The notes under the pieces were generated by a model, which saw only the letters and a list, made by a program, of their open reading frames with translations, had not been told where the DNA came from and did no database searches. A stretch of DNA of 43,889 nucleotides from an uncultured Porphyromonadaceae bacterium (GTDB lineage: Bacteria; Bacteroidota; Bacteroidia; Bacteroidales; Muribaculaceae): NCBI GenBank assembly GCA_947178245.1, contig CAMWXO010000001.1, positions 1 to 43,889 on the forward strand, given 5' to 3'. Positions 28,407-38,530 of the stretch are shown here, piece after piece. Made by a program: the position numbers and the translations under genes. Within the stretch, counting starts at the first letter, position 1. Each line of letters begins with the position of its first letter.

Positions 28407-29150
28407 TTAATTTTGTGAGTGCTTTCCGAATTCGCTGTGATAGTCGTCTTTCTCAAGATCGGAGGTGTCCGGCTCGGTGAGTTCGCCCTCCGGAATGCGG
28501 AAGGAGATAAGCTTTATCGTCTTGCCTCTTGCGAGCCATTGCTGTTCGTAGAATGTCTTGATCGAAGACACCGGGTCGGCCTTGCCGCTGCCGTATAGGT
28601 CGTCGGTGATGAATAGCACCTCGCATCCGTTCTGCATCACGAGACGCTTCGTGTATTCATACAGAAACGGCGAATCGGTCTTCAGGTTCACCACTCCACC
28701 CTTGCGCAGGAAAGTGCGGTAGTTATTTAGGAAGCGGGTAGAGGTAAGCCTCTTGCGCGCTTTCTGCATCTGGGGGTCGGGAAATGTTATCCAGATCTCA
28801 TCCACTTCCCCGGGGGCGAAAAACTGCTCTATCTGCTCTATCTCGGTGCGCAGGAAAGCGGCGTTGTCCATTCCTTTCTCCTCCACCGTCCTGGCGCCTT
28901 TCCACATGCGCGCCCCCTTGATGTCGACGCCTATATAGTTCCGGTCAGGGTTAGCCTCCGCGAGCCCTACGGTGTATTCCCCTTTTCCGCAGCCGAGTTC
29001 GAGTGTGATGGGGTTGGGCCGGCTGAAGAAGCCGGAGTTCCATTTCCCGCGGAAAGGGAAGCCCTGCTCTATAAGGATATGGCGCGGATACTGGAGCACG
29101 CATCTGAACGTCTCCATATCGGAAAATTTCTGAAGTTTGTTTTTTCCCAT
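28407..29150 (-). CDS. trmB: tRNA (guanosine(46)-N7)-methyltransferase
   Basis: MGKNKL, LELGCGKG, GVDIKGAR, WITFPDPQ, LKTDS, TFYE. Confidence 0.95.
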   Translation of the reverse strand: MGKNKLQKFSDMETFRCVLQYPRHILIEQGFPFRGKWNSGFFSRPNPITLELGCGKGEYTVGLAEANPDRNYIGVDIKGARMWKGARTVEEKGMDNAAFLRTEIEQIEQFFAPGEVDEIWITFPDPQMQKARKRLTSTRFLNNYRTFLRKGGVVNLKTDSPFLYEYTKRLVMQNGCEVLFITDDLYGSGKADPVSSIKTFYEQQWLARGKTIKLISFRIPEGELTEPDTSDLEKDDYHSEFGKHSQN

Positions 29151-29192
29151 GTAGTCAGATAAGGTTGTGAGTCTTGAGTGAGTATTTTTTCA

Positions 29193-32100
29193 TCAGCGGT
29201 TCATGACCAGGACTTTCCCGGCGGCAGAATAGTTGCCGCCGTCCTTGCCGGAGGACGCCAGCACATAGTAGACGCCGCTTGCCACCCTGTTGTGGTCTCT
29301 TCCGGCGGCATCCCATTGTATTTTGCCTCCTGATGCGGGCCCGAGCTCGCATACGATGTTTCCGGCGGCGTCTGCGATTTTTACGAGAGCGCCGTCTTCA
29401 AGCCCCTCTATGGTGACCCATCCGTAATAGTCGTGGCGCACGGGGTTGGGATAGATCTTCACGTCGCTCTCCGATGCGTTTCCGCTGCTCTTGCTCAGGA
29501 AATACTCGCAGAGGCCCGCCGATGTGCCTATCATCATCGAATTGCGCTCCGGGTTGTAGCATGTGGCGTAGACTATATCGCTGGGCAGCATGGAGTTTTC
29601 AGAGGTAATTTCCTCCAGGATGGTCTTGCCGTCGGCTGAAGTCACCACTATTCCTCCACTCGGAAGCGAGAACCATTTGCGCCCCTTGCCGTCGATGGCG
29701 ATATGATTCACCGATATCCCTGACAGGAGATAGTCGGCGAGTGAGGTGCCGTCGTTGCGGCTCACCTTGATTCGTGAGATCCTGCCGGGATTCGAGAAGG
29801 CGTCGGCGGGATTGAAGGTGAAGACACCGTTGCTCGTGCCCACCCATACCAGTCCGGTGGCCGGGTCTTCGATAGCGCAGTATAGATAATCGTAAGTGAC
29901 GCCGCCGTCGTTGTCGTAGAGATCCTTCATCACGGCCTGCCGGTCGTCGGTCTCGTCGGCGATCGTATTGTTGTGGTCGTAGACCGCGATGTTTCTGCGA
30001 TATGATCTGATGGGCAGATACATCACCATTCCGCGCGATGCTGAGGAGGTGAGCGGAATGGCTATGGCGCTCTTCTGCGGATTCAGATTGTCGATCTTCA
30101 GGCGCTTCATCGGCCTGTAGGAGGCTGCGTCGGTCGAGGCTTTGCGGTCTTCGGGAGTCCATACCCATATCTCGGCTTCATATACATCTTCCTTCGGACT
30201 CTCGATATGAGCCACCACGAGGTTGCCCGCCTTGTCGAAGCGGGGATGCTGGAGCGGATAGAAATTAGTACTGTGCGGATAGGGGGCGCCGGCAGCGACG
30301 TGCCCCTCCAACTCGGGGGAGTCGTTGCTCCGGGTGATATGGAGCACGTCGGAGTAGTCCGTGATGTTGTATCTTATCAGCCCGTTGAGCGTGGAGCCCA
30401 TATAGAACACGTCGGGATTGTCCGGATCCTGTGCCATTCCCGTGGGATTGATCATGCGCCCGCGCTGAGTGTAATCGAAATAAGGAATGCCGTGCATCTC
30501 CCATTCGCCGTCTTTCAGGGATGAGAGCAACACGAAATTGTAGGCCAGATGGTCTTCAAAACTTTGGCTTACTCCATGCGTGTTGGCGAGCATTCCGAAC
30601 TTCGGCACATACAGGAAATTATCAGAGCGGAAAGATGCCGGGGCATTGGGGCGCGCCTCTTCCATTGTCACCGTGTATTCATTATTGTCGTTACGGCGCA
30701 GGGCGTAGAATCCTTCTCGCGGCTTGGCGTAGTAGACGTCGCGGGTGTCCCAGCTGCCGCATTTCACTGCGTAGTCCTCACCTCTGCGAGGCAGGAACGT
30801 ACGGGCGCCTGTGGTTCGGTCGATCTGCACAAGCTGCGACGTGCGTGTCAGCAGCAATCCGTCGCGGTTCTCGGCGATGTCGGCTCCCTGAAAACTTCCG
30901 ATGCCGCTTCTCACCGGATTCTCCTCTCCTGCATTGAAGGTGAGGATATAGTGAGTCTCCGTGCCGTCGAGATTCTTCGAGAAGATGCACTTGGTGGGTG
31001 AGAGGGCCACGAGATTCATCACGCTGTCGCCGTCGGCCCAAGATACCTGCCTGAACGACTCGAGCGAGGAGTGATTGCTGGCGGCCGAGTTCCGGTAAAG
31101 TTTCCCTCCACGGTTGATTATCAGGTGGTCGGCAGTGCGCACGATATTGTCTACGGGAGTATTGTAGATTCCGCTTTCAGCCACTTCGTGTTTTTTGTCG
31201 TCGATGGCCACGAAGCCGAAATCCGTGGCGAGATAGGCGCGGTTGCGCTCGGGGTCGAAAGAGATGCTCCTGACATTTTTCGTGGATGAGGTAGAGAAGT
31301 TTTTCAGGCCGGTGAGGGTGTGCGCCTTTCCGTCGTCGTCAAGCAGGTCGATGGTAAAGTCGTCATAGACAATCAGCAGATACCTGCTCTGCGCGTTATA
31401 TGCCGCATTGCGTATGATATTGCGCGAAAGGAAATTGAGGGTATTGTAGGGGCGTATCTCTCCGCTCTCCTTCTCAAGGCAGAAAAGCTGAAGTTCCTTC
31501 TCGGAGTTTCCTGCCACTCCCTCCAGGAAGGGCTGGGCATGCACGACGTAATATGTCTTGTCCGGAGTGTCGAAGACCATCTCGATCTTGTCGTCAAACG
31601 TATTGTAGATGGCCCAGTCCGAGCTCATGGCCGCATCAGCCCTCAGCCACGAGAGTAGGCATACTGACAGGGCGCCGAGCCATTTCATCATGGCCCGGAG
31701 TGCGCGTCCGCGATGCGAGATGCTGTTTTTCTCCTCGTCGGTCATCTCAGCGAAGCATTTTCCGGTGTCGGCCGAGATAAACACGGGATCGTAGCCGAAA
31801 CCGTTGCTCCCGCTTTTTGAGAGGGCTATCTCCCCTTCGGCGTTGCCCTCGAACAGGTGCTCCTCGCCTCCGAGCGATAGGGCGATACTGGTGCGGAAAC
31901 GTGCCGTGCGTGTGTCGGCCCCCTCCATGTTGCGGAGCAGCAGACTTATATTGGCTTCCGGATCGCATTCAGGCCCCGCGTAGCGGGCGCTGTAGACTCC
32001 GGGCGCGCCGCCGAGGGCATCCACTATCAGGCCGGTGTCGTCGGCGAAGCAGTCCAGACCGGAGGCTTCTCTCACGGCACGCACTTTCAGCAGCGCGTTC

Positions 32101-32252
32101 CCCTCGAGAGTGTCGGCGGTCTCCGGGATATCCCGGTGAAATCCTATGTCGGAAAGACTCAGGATTTCTATATTATCGCCTGCGATGGCACGTGCCTCAC
32201 GCAGTTTCCCGGCGTTGTTGGTGGCCATCACAAGTTTCATTTTATCTTTCAT
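29193..32252 (-). CDS. rdgB-porZ: In-frame fusion: RdgB/HAM1 non-canonical purine NTP pyrophosphatase (first ~190 aa) plus type IX secretion protein PorZ
   Basis: RdgB motifs ATNNAGK, ETADTLEGNA, ADDTGL, PGVYSARYAG, GFGYDPVF, SHRGRA; no stop; then signal-like MMKWLGALSVCLLSWLRADA, beta-propeller repeats, RNDGTSLADYLL, DGKGRKWF and T9SS CTD VKIYPNPV...ASGVY...KVLV. Confidence 0.88.
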   Translation of the reverse strand: MKDKMKLVMATNNAGKLREARAIAGDNIEILSLSDIGFHRDIPETADTLEGNALLKVRAVREASGLDCFADDTGLIVDALGGAPGVYSARYAGPECDPEANISLLLRNMEGADTRTARFRTSIALSLGGEEHLFEGNAEGEIALSKSGSNGFGYDPVFISADTGKCFAEMTDEEKNSISHRGRALRAMMKWLGALSVCLLSWLRADAAMSSDWAIYNTFDDKIEMVFDTPDKTYYVVHAQPFLEGVAGNSEKELQLFCLEKESGEIRPYNTLNFLSRNIIRNAAYNAQSRYLLIVYDDFTIDLLDDDGKAHTLTGLKNFSTSSTKNVRSISFDPERNRAYLATDFGFVAIDDKKHEVAESGIYNTPVDNIVRTADHLIINRGGKLYRNSAASNHSSLESFRQVSWADGDSVMNLVALSPTKCIFSKNLDGTETHYILTFNAGEENPVRSGIGSFQGADIAENRDGLLLTRTSQLVQIDRTTGARTFLPRRGEDYAVKCGSWDTRDVYYAKPREGFYALRRNDNNEYTVTMEEARPNAPASFRSDNFLYVPKFGMLANTHGVSQSFEDHLAYNFVLLSSLKDGEWEMHGIPYFDYTQRGRMINPTGMAQDPDNPDVFYMGSTLNGLIRYNITDYSDVLHITRSNDSPELEGHVAAGAPYPHSTNFYPLQHPRFDKAGNLVVAHIESPKEDVYEAEIWVWTPEDRKASTDAASYRPMKRLKIDNLNPQKSAIAIPLTSSASRGMVMYLPIRSYRRNIAVYDHNNTIADETDDRQAVMKDLYDNDGGVTYDYLYCAIEDPATGLVWVGTSNGVFTFNPADAFSNPGRISRIKVSRNDGTSLADYLLSGISVNHIAIDGKGRKWFSLPSGGIVVTSADGKTILEEITSENSMLPSDIVYATCYNPERNSMMIGTSAGLCEYFLSKSSGNASESDVKIYPNPVRHDYYGWVTIEGLEDGALVKIADAAGNIVCELGPASGGKIQWDAAGRDHNRVASGVYYVLASSGKDGGNYSAAGKVLVMNR

Positions 32253-32321
32253 AAGTGTATAAAGAGAGTAGGTTATTATATTATTAAACGAAAATCGGTT
32301 CTCTTTATTATTATGAAACGC

Positions 32322-32357
32322 ATGGCGGGACGACCGCAATGATGCGCGTCCCGCCAT
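32322..32357. terminator. GC-rich hairpin downstream of leuS (terminator or mRNA stabiliser)
   Basis: ATGGCGGGACG ... CGTCCCGCCAT 11-bp stem; weak U-tract in the leuS direction. Confidence 0.55.
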
Positions 32358-32383
32358 TTTCTTCAGACTCTTTCCTTCAGTGA

Positions 32384-35140
32384 TCAGATCACGATATTTA
32401 CTATTCGTCCCGGCACCACTATCACTTTCTTCGGGGCCTTGCCGTCGAGCCATTTTTCGGCAGAGGGGTCGGCGAGAGCGGCGGCCTCCACTGCAGCCTT
32501 GTCGCTTCCGGCCGGCACCTCGATGTTGTAGCGCATCTTGCCGTTGAACTGCACGGGATATTTCACGGTGTCTTCCTTCAGGGCTTCCTCATCCCATTCG
32601 GGCCACGCGCTGTCGGCGATGCTGCCTTCAAGTCCGAGCTGATGGCGGAACTCCTCGGCTATGTGGGGAGCGAACGGCGCCAGCAGACGCGCCATCTCAT
32701 CCATCGATTCCGTGCTGACTGCAGGGAGTTTGGAAAGCTCGTTGGCCGCGATCATGAACGCCGCCACAGAGGTGTTGAACGAGAAGTTCTCTATATCCTG
32801 GCTCACTTTCTTGATGAGCGTGTGCATTATCTTCTTTTCCTGAGCGGAGCGCTTGATGTCTGAGCGCTTGCCGAAGAGATTCCATATCTTGCGCAGGAAT
32901 CGGTTCACGCCGTCGATGCCGTTGGTGTCCCAGGGTTTCGACTGCTCCACCGGGCCCAGAAACATCTCGTAGAGGCGCAGCGTGTCGGCGCCGTATCTCT
33001 CTACGATATCGTCGGGATTGACCACGTTGAACATCGATTTCGACATCTTCTCAACAGCGTAGCCGCAGATATATTTCCCGTCTTCCAGTATGAACTCGGC
33101 ATCGGCATAGTCAGGACGCCATGCCTTGAAAGCCTCGGTGTCGAGCACATCGTTGCTCACTATGTTCACGTCCACGCGGATAGGCGTGGTGTCATACTGC
33201 TCGGCGAGCCCCTTGCTCACGAAGGTGTTGGTGCCCTTGATGCGGTAGACGAAGTTGGTGCGACCCTGTATCATGCCCTGGTTCACGAGCTTCTTGAAAG
33301 GTTCCGGGCTCACCACCAGACCGAGATCGTAGAGGAACTTGTTCCAGAAGCGGCTGTAGATCAGATGGCCTGTGGCATGCTCCGCTCCTCCCACATAGAG
33401 GTCTACGTCGCGCCAGTATTCATCGGCTTCTTTCCCCACGAGAGCGTCTTCGTTGTGCGGATCCATGTAGCGCAGATAGTAGGCCGAGCTGCCGGCAAAG
33501 CCCGGCATGGTGCAAAGCTCGATGGGATAGCCCTCCTCAGTCTTCCAGTTCTCGGCCCTGCCGAGCGGCGGCTCGCCGTCGGGGGTGGGTTTGTAGCTGC
33601 TCACCTCGGGCAGGAGGAGCGGCAGTTTCGACTCGTCCATCATATAGGCAACGCCGTCTTTATAATACACGGGGAATGGCTCTCCCCAATAGCGCTGACG
33701 CGAGAATATGGCGTCGCGCAGACGGTAGTTTACCTTAACCCTTCCTATTCCTTTTTCGGCGATATGGCTCTTGGTCTTGGCGATGGCTTCTTTCACCGTC
33801 AGGCCGTTGAGGTCGAGATCCGGGCCGCACGAGTTGCAGACGATCCCCTCCTTGGCGTCGAAACTCTCTTCAGAGATGTCGGCTCCTTCGATGAGAGGAA
33901 TGATGGGGAGACCGAATTTCTTGGCGAAAGCGTAGTCGCGCGAGTCATGCGCCGGCACAGCCATGATTGCCCCGGTGCCATATCCTGCGAGCACATAGTC
34001 GCTGATCCATACCGGTATCTCTTTTCCGCTGAGCGGATTCACGGCGTAACTGCCTGTGAACACACCTGTCACCTTCTTGTCGATCTGGCGCTCGCGCTCG
34101 GTCTTGTGTTTCACCTCGTTGAGATATGCCTCCACAGCCTCTTTCTGCTCGGGAGTGGTGAGCAGCGAGACATATTCCGACTCCGGAGCGAGCACCATGA
34201 AGGTGACGCCGAAGACGGTGTCGGCGCGGGTCGTGAATATCTCGAGCTCGATGTCGCTGTCTTTCACGGGGAAACGCATCTCGGCACCCTCGGAGCGTCC
34301 TATCCAGTTGCGCTGTGTCTCCTTCAGCGAGTCGCTCCATGCGAGGCTGTCGAGGTCGTCGAGCAGACGCGGAGCGTAGGCCGACACGCGCAGACACCAC
34401 TGCCTCATCAGTTTCTGCTCCACGGGGAAGCCGCCGCGCACGCTGAGGCCTTCCGACACTTCATCGTTGGCCAACACCGTGCCGAGTTCCGGACACCAGT
34501 TCACCATCGTCTCGCCCTGGAATGCTATGCGCCAGTTCATCAGCGCCTCGCGCTGCTCTTTCTCACTCATGGCGTTCCACTCATCGGCCGTGAAGTCAAG
34601 CTCCTTGGTCTGGGCCGCGTTCAGCCCCTTCGTGCCCTCTTTCTCAAGATGCTCCACGAGCTCGGCTATCGGGCGGGCCTTGCCGAGGGCCGTGTCGTAA
34701 TAGTGGTTGAACATCTGGATGAAGGCCCACTGTGTCCACTTGTAATATTTCGGGTCGCAGGTGCGCACCTCGCGGCTCCAGTCGAAAGAGAAACCTATCT
34801 TGTCGAGCTGTGAGCGATAGCGGGCTATGTTGTCGTTGGTGGTTTTCTCGGGGTGCTGACCGGTCTGGATGGCATACTGCTCTGCAGGAAGGCCGTAGGC
34901 GTCGTAGCCCATCGGGTGGAGCACGTTGAAGCCCTTCTGGCGCTTGAAGCGCGAATAGATGTCGCTTGCGATGTAGCCCAGCGGATGGCCTACGTGCAGC
35001 CCCGCTCCGGAGGGATAGGGGAACATGTCGAGCACGTAGAATTTCGGTTTCCCGGTGTCGATCCGGGTCTTGTAGACCTCATTGTCGCGCCAATATTTCT
35101 GCCAGCGCGCCTCTATGTCGGTATGGTTGTAGTCTGCCAT
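32384..35140 (-). CDS. leuS: Leucine--tRNA ligase
   Basis: [16 protein letters not shown] (HIGH), FTTR editing domain, [26 protein letters not shown]; true start MADYNH. Confidence 0.98.
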   Translation of the reverse strand: MADYNHTDIEARWQKYWRDNEVYKTRIDTGKPKFYVLDMFPYPSGAGLHVGHPLGYIASDIYSRFKRQKGFNVLHPMGYDAYGLPAEQYAIQTGQHPEKTTNDNIARYRSQLDKIGFSFDWSREVRTCDPKYYKWTQWAFIQMFNHYYDTALGKARPIAELVEHLEKEGTKGLNAAQTKELDFTADEWNAMSEKEQREALMNWRIAFQGETMVNWCPELGTVLANDEVSEGLSVRGGFPVEQKLMRQWCLRVSAYAPRLLDDLDSLAWSDSLKETQRNWIGRSEGAEMRFPVKDSDIELEIFTTRADTVFGVTFMVLAPESEYVSLLTTPEQKEAVEAYLNEVKHKTERERQIDKKVTGVFTGSYAVNPLSGKEIPVWISDYVLAGYGTGAIMAVPAHDSRDYAFAKKFGLPIIPLIEGADISEESFDAKEGIVCNSCGPDLDLNGLTVKEAIAKTKSHIAEKGIGRVKVNYRLRDAIFSRQRYWGEPFPVYYKDGVAYMMDESKLPLLLPEVSSYKPTPDGEPPLGRAENWKTEEGYPIELCTMPGFAGSSAYYLRYMDPHNEDALVGKEADEYWRDVDLYVGGAEHATGHLIYSRFWNKFLYDLGLVVSPEPFKKLVNQGMIQGRTNFVYRIKGTNTFVSKGLAEQYDTTPIRVDVNIVSNDVLDTEAFKAWRPDYADAEFILEDGKYICGYAVEKMSKSMFNVVNPDDIVERYGADTLRLYEMFLGPVEQSKPWDTNGIDGVNRFLRKIWNLFGKRSDIKRSAQEKKIMHTLIKKVSQDIENFSFNTSVAAFMIAANELSKLPAVSTESMDEMARLLAPFAPHIAEEFRHQLGLEGSIADSAWPEWDEEALKEDTVKYPVQFNGKMRYNIEVPAGSDKAAVEAAALADPSAEKWLDGKAPKKVIVVPGRIVNIVI

Positions 35141-35178
35141 TGTTGTGATTTGGTCTTTATAATGTTTTGTTTCTGTAA

Positions 35179-35856
35179 TCAGTAGGATGTGTAAGTCGAG
35201 AGCTGCGCCAGTATTCGGTAGTATCCGTAGATGCTGTCGCAGGGCATCTCGATCGGGGGATATTTCGGATTCAGGCTTCTTGCGCTCACATAGCGTTTCC
35301 CCTTCTCGGAGGGGAAGAGTTCCTTCACGAAGAGGCCGTTTTTGGTGTCGATGGCCATAGGGTGGCCCCAGGGGAGAAAGTTGGTGTCTTCCACCATCTT
35401 GATGAAGATGACCGACCCGTTGTGAAACACCGGCTCCATGCTGTCGCCCGAGATCTTGACCGCGAAGTCTACTCCCCTCACTGGAGTGAGCACCATCTCG
35501 CATTCATTCCGGCTGATGCTGCCGGCCCATGCCGTGAGATTGCCAGCGAATGCGCTCACCGGCACGAGCGGCGCGAGGAATCCTTCATCGCCGAGCACTT
35601 CGCGCGCCTCGGCGCCCTTGCCTTCGAGATACATCTCTCCTTCGCCGTAGAGCACCCAGTCGCGGCTGAGTTCGGGAAACAGTTCCATGAGCTTCTGCAC
35701 CTTGGCGGGCGACATGGACTTGCGCATCACTCCTATGTAGGTGGGAGCCACGCCCAGCATCTTGCATAGTTCCGCCTGGCTCATGCGCCTGTCTTTCAGG
35801 AAGTGGAGCAGGCGCCCCCTCACCGTGCCGAGATCGTCTTTTTCTTGCGATGACAT
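35179..35856 (-). CDS. XRE-type HTH plus S24 peptidase (CI/LexA-like autocleaving repressor)
   Basis: N-terminal HTH ([11 protein letters not shown]), [11 protein letters not shown] cleavage site (AFAG), catalytic GDSM and FVK, SLNPKY. Confidence 0.85.
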   Translation of the reverse strand: MSSQEKDDLGTVRGRLLHFLKDRRMSQAELCKMLGVAPTYIGVMRKSMSPAKVQKLMELFPELSRDWVLYGEGEMYLEGKGAEAREVLGDEGFLAPLVPVSAFAGNLTAWAGSISRNECEMVLTPVRGVDFAVKISGDSMEPVFHNGSVIFIKMVEDTNFLPWGHPMAIDTKNGLFVKELFPSEKGKRYVSARSLNPKYPPIEMPCDSIYGYYRILAQLSTYTSY

Positions 35857-35897
35857 ATTGCTTAGTCTGTTTTGGCCAACGTTTATCTTTGATTGTG

Positions 35898-35929
35898 CAA
35901 AGTTAATTATTTATTAGCCGATATCCAAA
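35898..35929 (-). promoter_or_regulatory. Bacteroidetes promoter for HTH-S24 (and possibly leuS)
   Basis: TTTG (35926-35929) and TAACTTTG (35898-35905) on the minus strand, 20-bp spacing. Confidence 0.68.
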
Positions 35930-37419
35930 CTTTTCTTACGGAAAATATCATATCTGGCCACGCATAGCAGATAGACGCATAGCAGCAGCGAGCGGCAGAG
36001 GTATGTGGCCCACATCCGGCCTGGGAAGCTGCATGCTTCGCCGAGCCCCCACAGGGCGGCGGCGAGGATGGTGTAGGCCGCCATGCGCTTCAGCGGATAA
36101 GGTATGGGGTAATACTTCCTGCCGAGCAGCCAGCTGGCCACCATGATTCCGGCGTAGGAGATCAGGGCCGCCCATGCCGAGCCGATATAGCCGTCGGGCA
36201 TTCCGATGAGTGGCACGAGGATAAGGTTGCCGGCGAGCATGAGCACGAAGCCGAGTAGCGACAGATACATGCCCCAGCGCGTGCGGTCGGTGAGCTTATA
36301 CCAGAGCGAGAGATTGAAATAGACTCCGAAGCAGAGGTCGGCGGCCATCATGACGGGCACCACGCGGAGCCCCGCCCAATAGGATGGCGCTATGAAATAT
36401 TTCAGCACCGGCAGGTAATACATCACTCCCAGGAAGATGGCGAGCCCGAAAATCACGAAATATTTCATCGCGTCGCTGTAGGCCCGGGTCTTGTCTTCGC
36501 CGTTGCGGGCTGCGCGGTTGAAGATGAAGGGCTCGTAGGCATAGCGGAAGGCCTGGGTGAACATCATCATCACCACCGCTATCTTGATATTGGCACCGTA
36601 GATGCCCACCATGGCCTTCGCCCCTGAGGGATCACCGGGAAAGAGGTAGGGAATGATGATCTGCCCCATGCCCTGGCTCAGGTTGCCTGCCACGCCGAGC
36701 ACGAGCAGAGGCCACGAATAGGAGAGCATCTTGCGCAGGAGATCGCGGTCGCATACGAGCCGCTTCACTCTCATTGCCGGCACGAGGCATACGAGCACCA
36801 CGAGGCTGCTCACCACATTGGCGAGGAAGATCCATCCCACTCCGAATGCCGCCCCTCCGAGGGGCTCGTAGAGCCAGGAGATGACGCCGGGAGCGGAGCG
36901 CATGATGGCCGGACATGCCAGCAGGAAGAAGAGATTGAGTGCGATGTTTACTCCGATATTGACGAGTTTTATGCCCGCGAAAGTCCATGCTTTGTGCCTG
37001 AACCGCAGCCATGCGAAGGGGAGGTTGGTGAAGGCGTCCACCGCCACCGTGAATGCCATCATCCACACATAGGAGGGATGATGCGGGAGTTTCAGCGCTG
37101 CCGATAGCGGGCTGATGAAAAGGCTCACCATCACCACGAAGAGCAGCGACGTGGTGGCGAGCGACGTGATGGCCGTGCTGTAGACGCGCTCGGGGTTGTC
37201 GGTCTTGTTGGCATAGCGGAAGAGGCCCGTCTCCATGCCGTAGTTCAGGATCACTATCACTACGGCCACGATGGCGTAGAGATAACTCACCACTCCATAT
37301 TCCTCATCGGTGAAGAGGCGGGTGTAGAGCGGCACGAGGCCCCAGTTGAGGAAACGCCCGATGATGCTGCTCAGTCCGTAGACGGCCGTATCCTTTACAA
37401 GTGATTTAATTCCTGCCAT
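35914..37419 (-). CDS. Polysaccharide biosynthesis / oligosaccharide flippase (Wzx/MOP family)
   Basis: KDTAVYGLSSIIGR, YGMETGLFR, QAFRYAYEPF, WYKLTD; ~12-14 hydrophobic segments. Confidence 0.88.
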   Translation of the reverse strand: MAGIKSLVKDTAVYGLSSIIGRFLNWGLVPLYTRLFTDEEYGVVSYLYAIVAVVIVILNYGMETGLFRYANKTDNPERVYSTAITSLATTSLLFVVMVSLFISPLSAALKLPHHPSYVWMMAFTVAVDAFTNLPFAWLRFRHKAWTFAGIKLVNIGVNIALNLFFLLACPAIMRSAPGVISWLYEPLGGAAFGVGWIFLANVVSSLVVLVCLVPAMRVKRLVCDRDLLRKMLSYSWPLLVLGVAGNLSQGMGQIIIPYLFPGDPSGAKAMVGIYGANIKIAVVMMMFTQAFRYAYEPFIFNRAARNGEDKTRAYSDAMKYFVIFGLAIFLGVMYYLPVLKYFIAPSYWAGLRVVPVMMAADLCFGVYFNLSLWYKLTDRTRWGMYLSLLGFVLMLAGNLILVPLIGMPDGYIGSAWAALISYAGIMVASWLLGRKYYPIPYPLKRMAAYTILAAALWGLGEACSFPGRMWATYLCRSLLLCVYLLCVARYDIFRKKSLDIG

Positions 37420-37492
37420 ACCATGGTGGAAGGAGAGAAGTTTAAGTTTAAGAGGGTTAAGGGGTTTAGGGGATGTCCCGGGCCCTGATGTT

Positions 37493-38521
37493 TCAGTCGA
37501 ATAGGGATGCGTCTTTAGCCTGGGGATAGCGCCCGAGATGCCGGTAGGCGAGTTCCGTCACCTCGCGTCCGCGCGGAGTGCGCTTCAGGAAGCCTTCCTT
37601 GATGAGGAAAGGCTCGTAGACCTCCTCGATGGTACCGCTGTCCTCGCCGAGGGCCGTGGCGATCGTGGTCAGCCCCACCGGGCCGCCCGCGAACTTGTCG
37701 ATGATGGTGGAGAGGATGCGGTTGTCTATCTCGTCCAGGCCGTGGGTGTCGATATTCAGCGCCTCGAGCGACATTTTGGCTGTCGGCAGGTCGATAGTGC
37801 CGTTGCCGCGCACCATGGCGAAGTCGCGCACGCGGCGCAGCAAGGCGTTGCAGATGCGCGGAGTGCCGCGGCTGCGCAGAGCTATCTCGAGGGCCGCCTC
37901 ATCGGTGATCTGCGTCTGCAGTAGCCTCGACGAGCGCTTTACGATGCCTCGGAGCACCTCGTGGTCATAATATTCGAGGTGGCAGTTGATGCCGAAACGT
38001 GCCCGGAGCGGGGCCGTCAGCAAGCCGCTGCGCGTTGTGGCACCGATGAGGGTGAAGGGCGAGATGGTGAGCTGCACCGATTTCGCCCCAGGCCCCTTGT
38101 CGAGAAGGATATCTATGCGGTAGTCTTCCATCGCCGAGTAGAGGTATTCCTCCACTATGGGGTGGAGGCGATGTATCTCATCGATGAAGAGCACGTCGTG
38201 AGGCTCGAGGCTCATCAGTATGCCCGCGAGGTCGCCGGGCTTGTCGAGCACCGGGCCGCTCGTCACCTTGAACCCCACATTCAGCTCGTTGGCCACGATA
38301 TTGCTCAGGGTTGTCTTCCCGAGGCCCGGCGGCCCGTGCAGAAGGGTGTGATCGAGCGCCTCACCCCGCATACGCGCTGCCTGCACGAATACGCGGAGGT
38401 TGGCCACGATCTTCTCCTGCCCGCTGAAGTCGTCGAACGTCAGCGGCCGGAGAGCCTTCTCTATGTCGCGGTCCGAGCCTCTTGGAGCGTCGCCCGACCC
38501 ATGAATGTCGAATTCAGCCAT
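37493..38521 (-). CDS. ruvB: Holliday junction branch migration helicase
   Basis: LRP, GPPGLGKTT, TSGP, FIDEIHR, SAMED, GATTR, SRGTPR, GGPVG, EPFL, RTPRGR. Confidence 0.98.
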   Translation of the reverse strand: MAEFDIHGSGDAPRGSDRDIEKALRPLTFDDFSGQEKIVANLRVFVQAARMRGEALDHTLLHGPPGLGKTTLSNIVANELNVGFKVTSGPVLDKPGDLAGILMSLEPHDVLFIDEIHRLHPIVEEYLYSAMEDYRIDILLDKGPGAKSVQLTISPFTLIGATTRSGLLTAPLRARFGINCHLEYYDHEVLRGIVKRSSRLLQTQITDEAALEIALRSRGTPRICNALLRRVRDFAMVRGNGTIDLPTAKMSLEALNIDTHGLDEIDNRILSTIIDKFAGGPVGLTTIATALGEDSGTIEEVYEPFLIKEGFLKRTPRGREVTELAYRHLGRYPQAKDASLFD

Positions 38522-38530
38522 TCAATTAGT

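Noticed and set aside
32253-32453. 67-aa N-terminal extension of the RdgB-PorZ ORF overlapping leuS
   Set aside because: Runs through the leuS end, a hairpin and an AT-rich initiation region; RdgB homology starts at 32252/32240
33365-34813. 482-aa plus-strand ORF
   Set aside because: Antisense shadow of leuS caused by GC-rich codon bias; no motifs
35141-35503. 121-aa N-terminal extension of leuS
   Set aside because: Alternate-frame read-through of the HTH-S24 gene; LeuS homology begins at 35140
35179-35856. Prophage remnant around the CI-like gene
   Set aside because: No integrase, att site, structural genes or compositional shift; flanks are core genes
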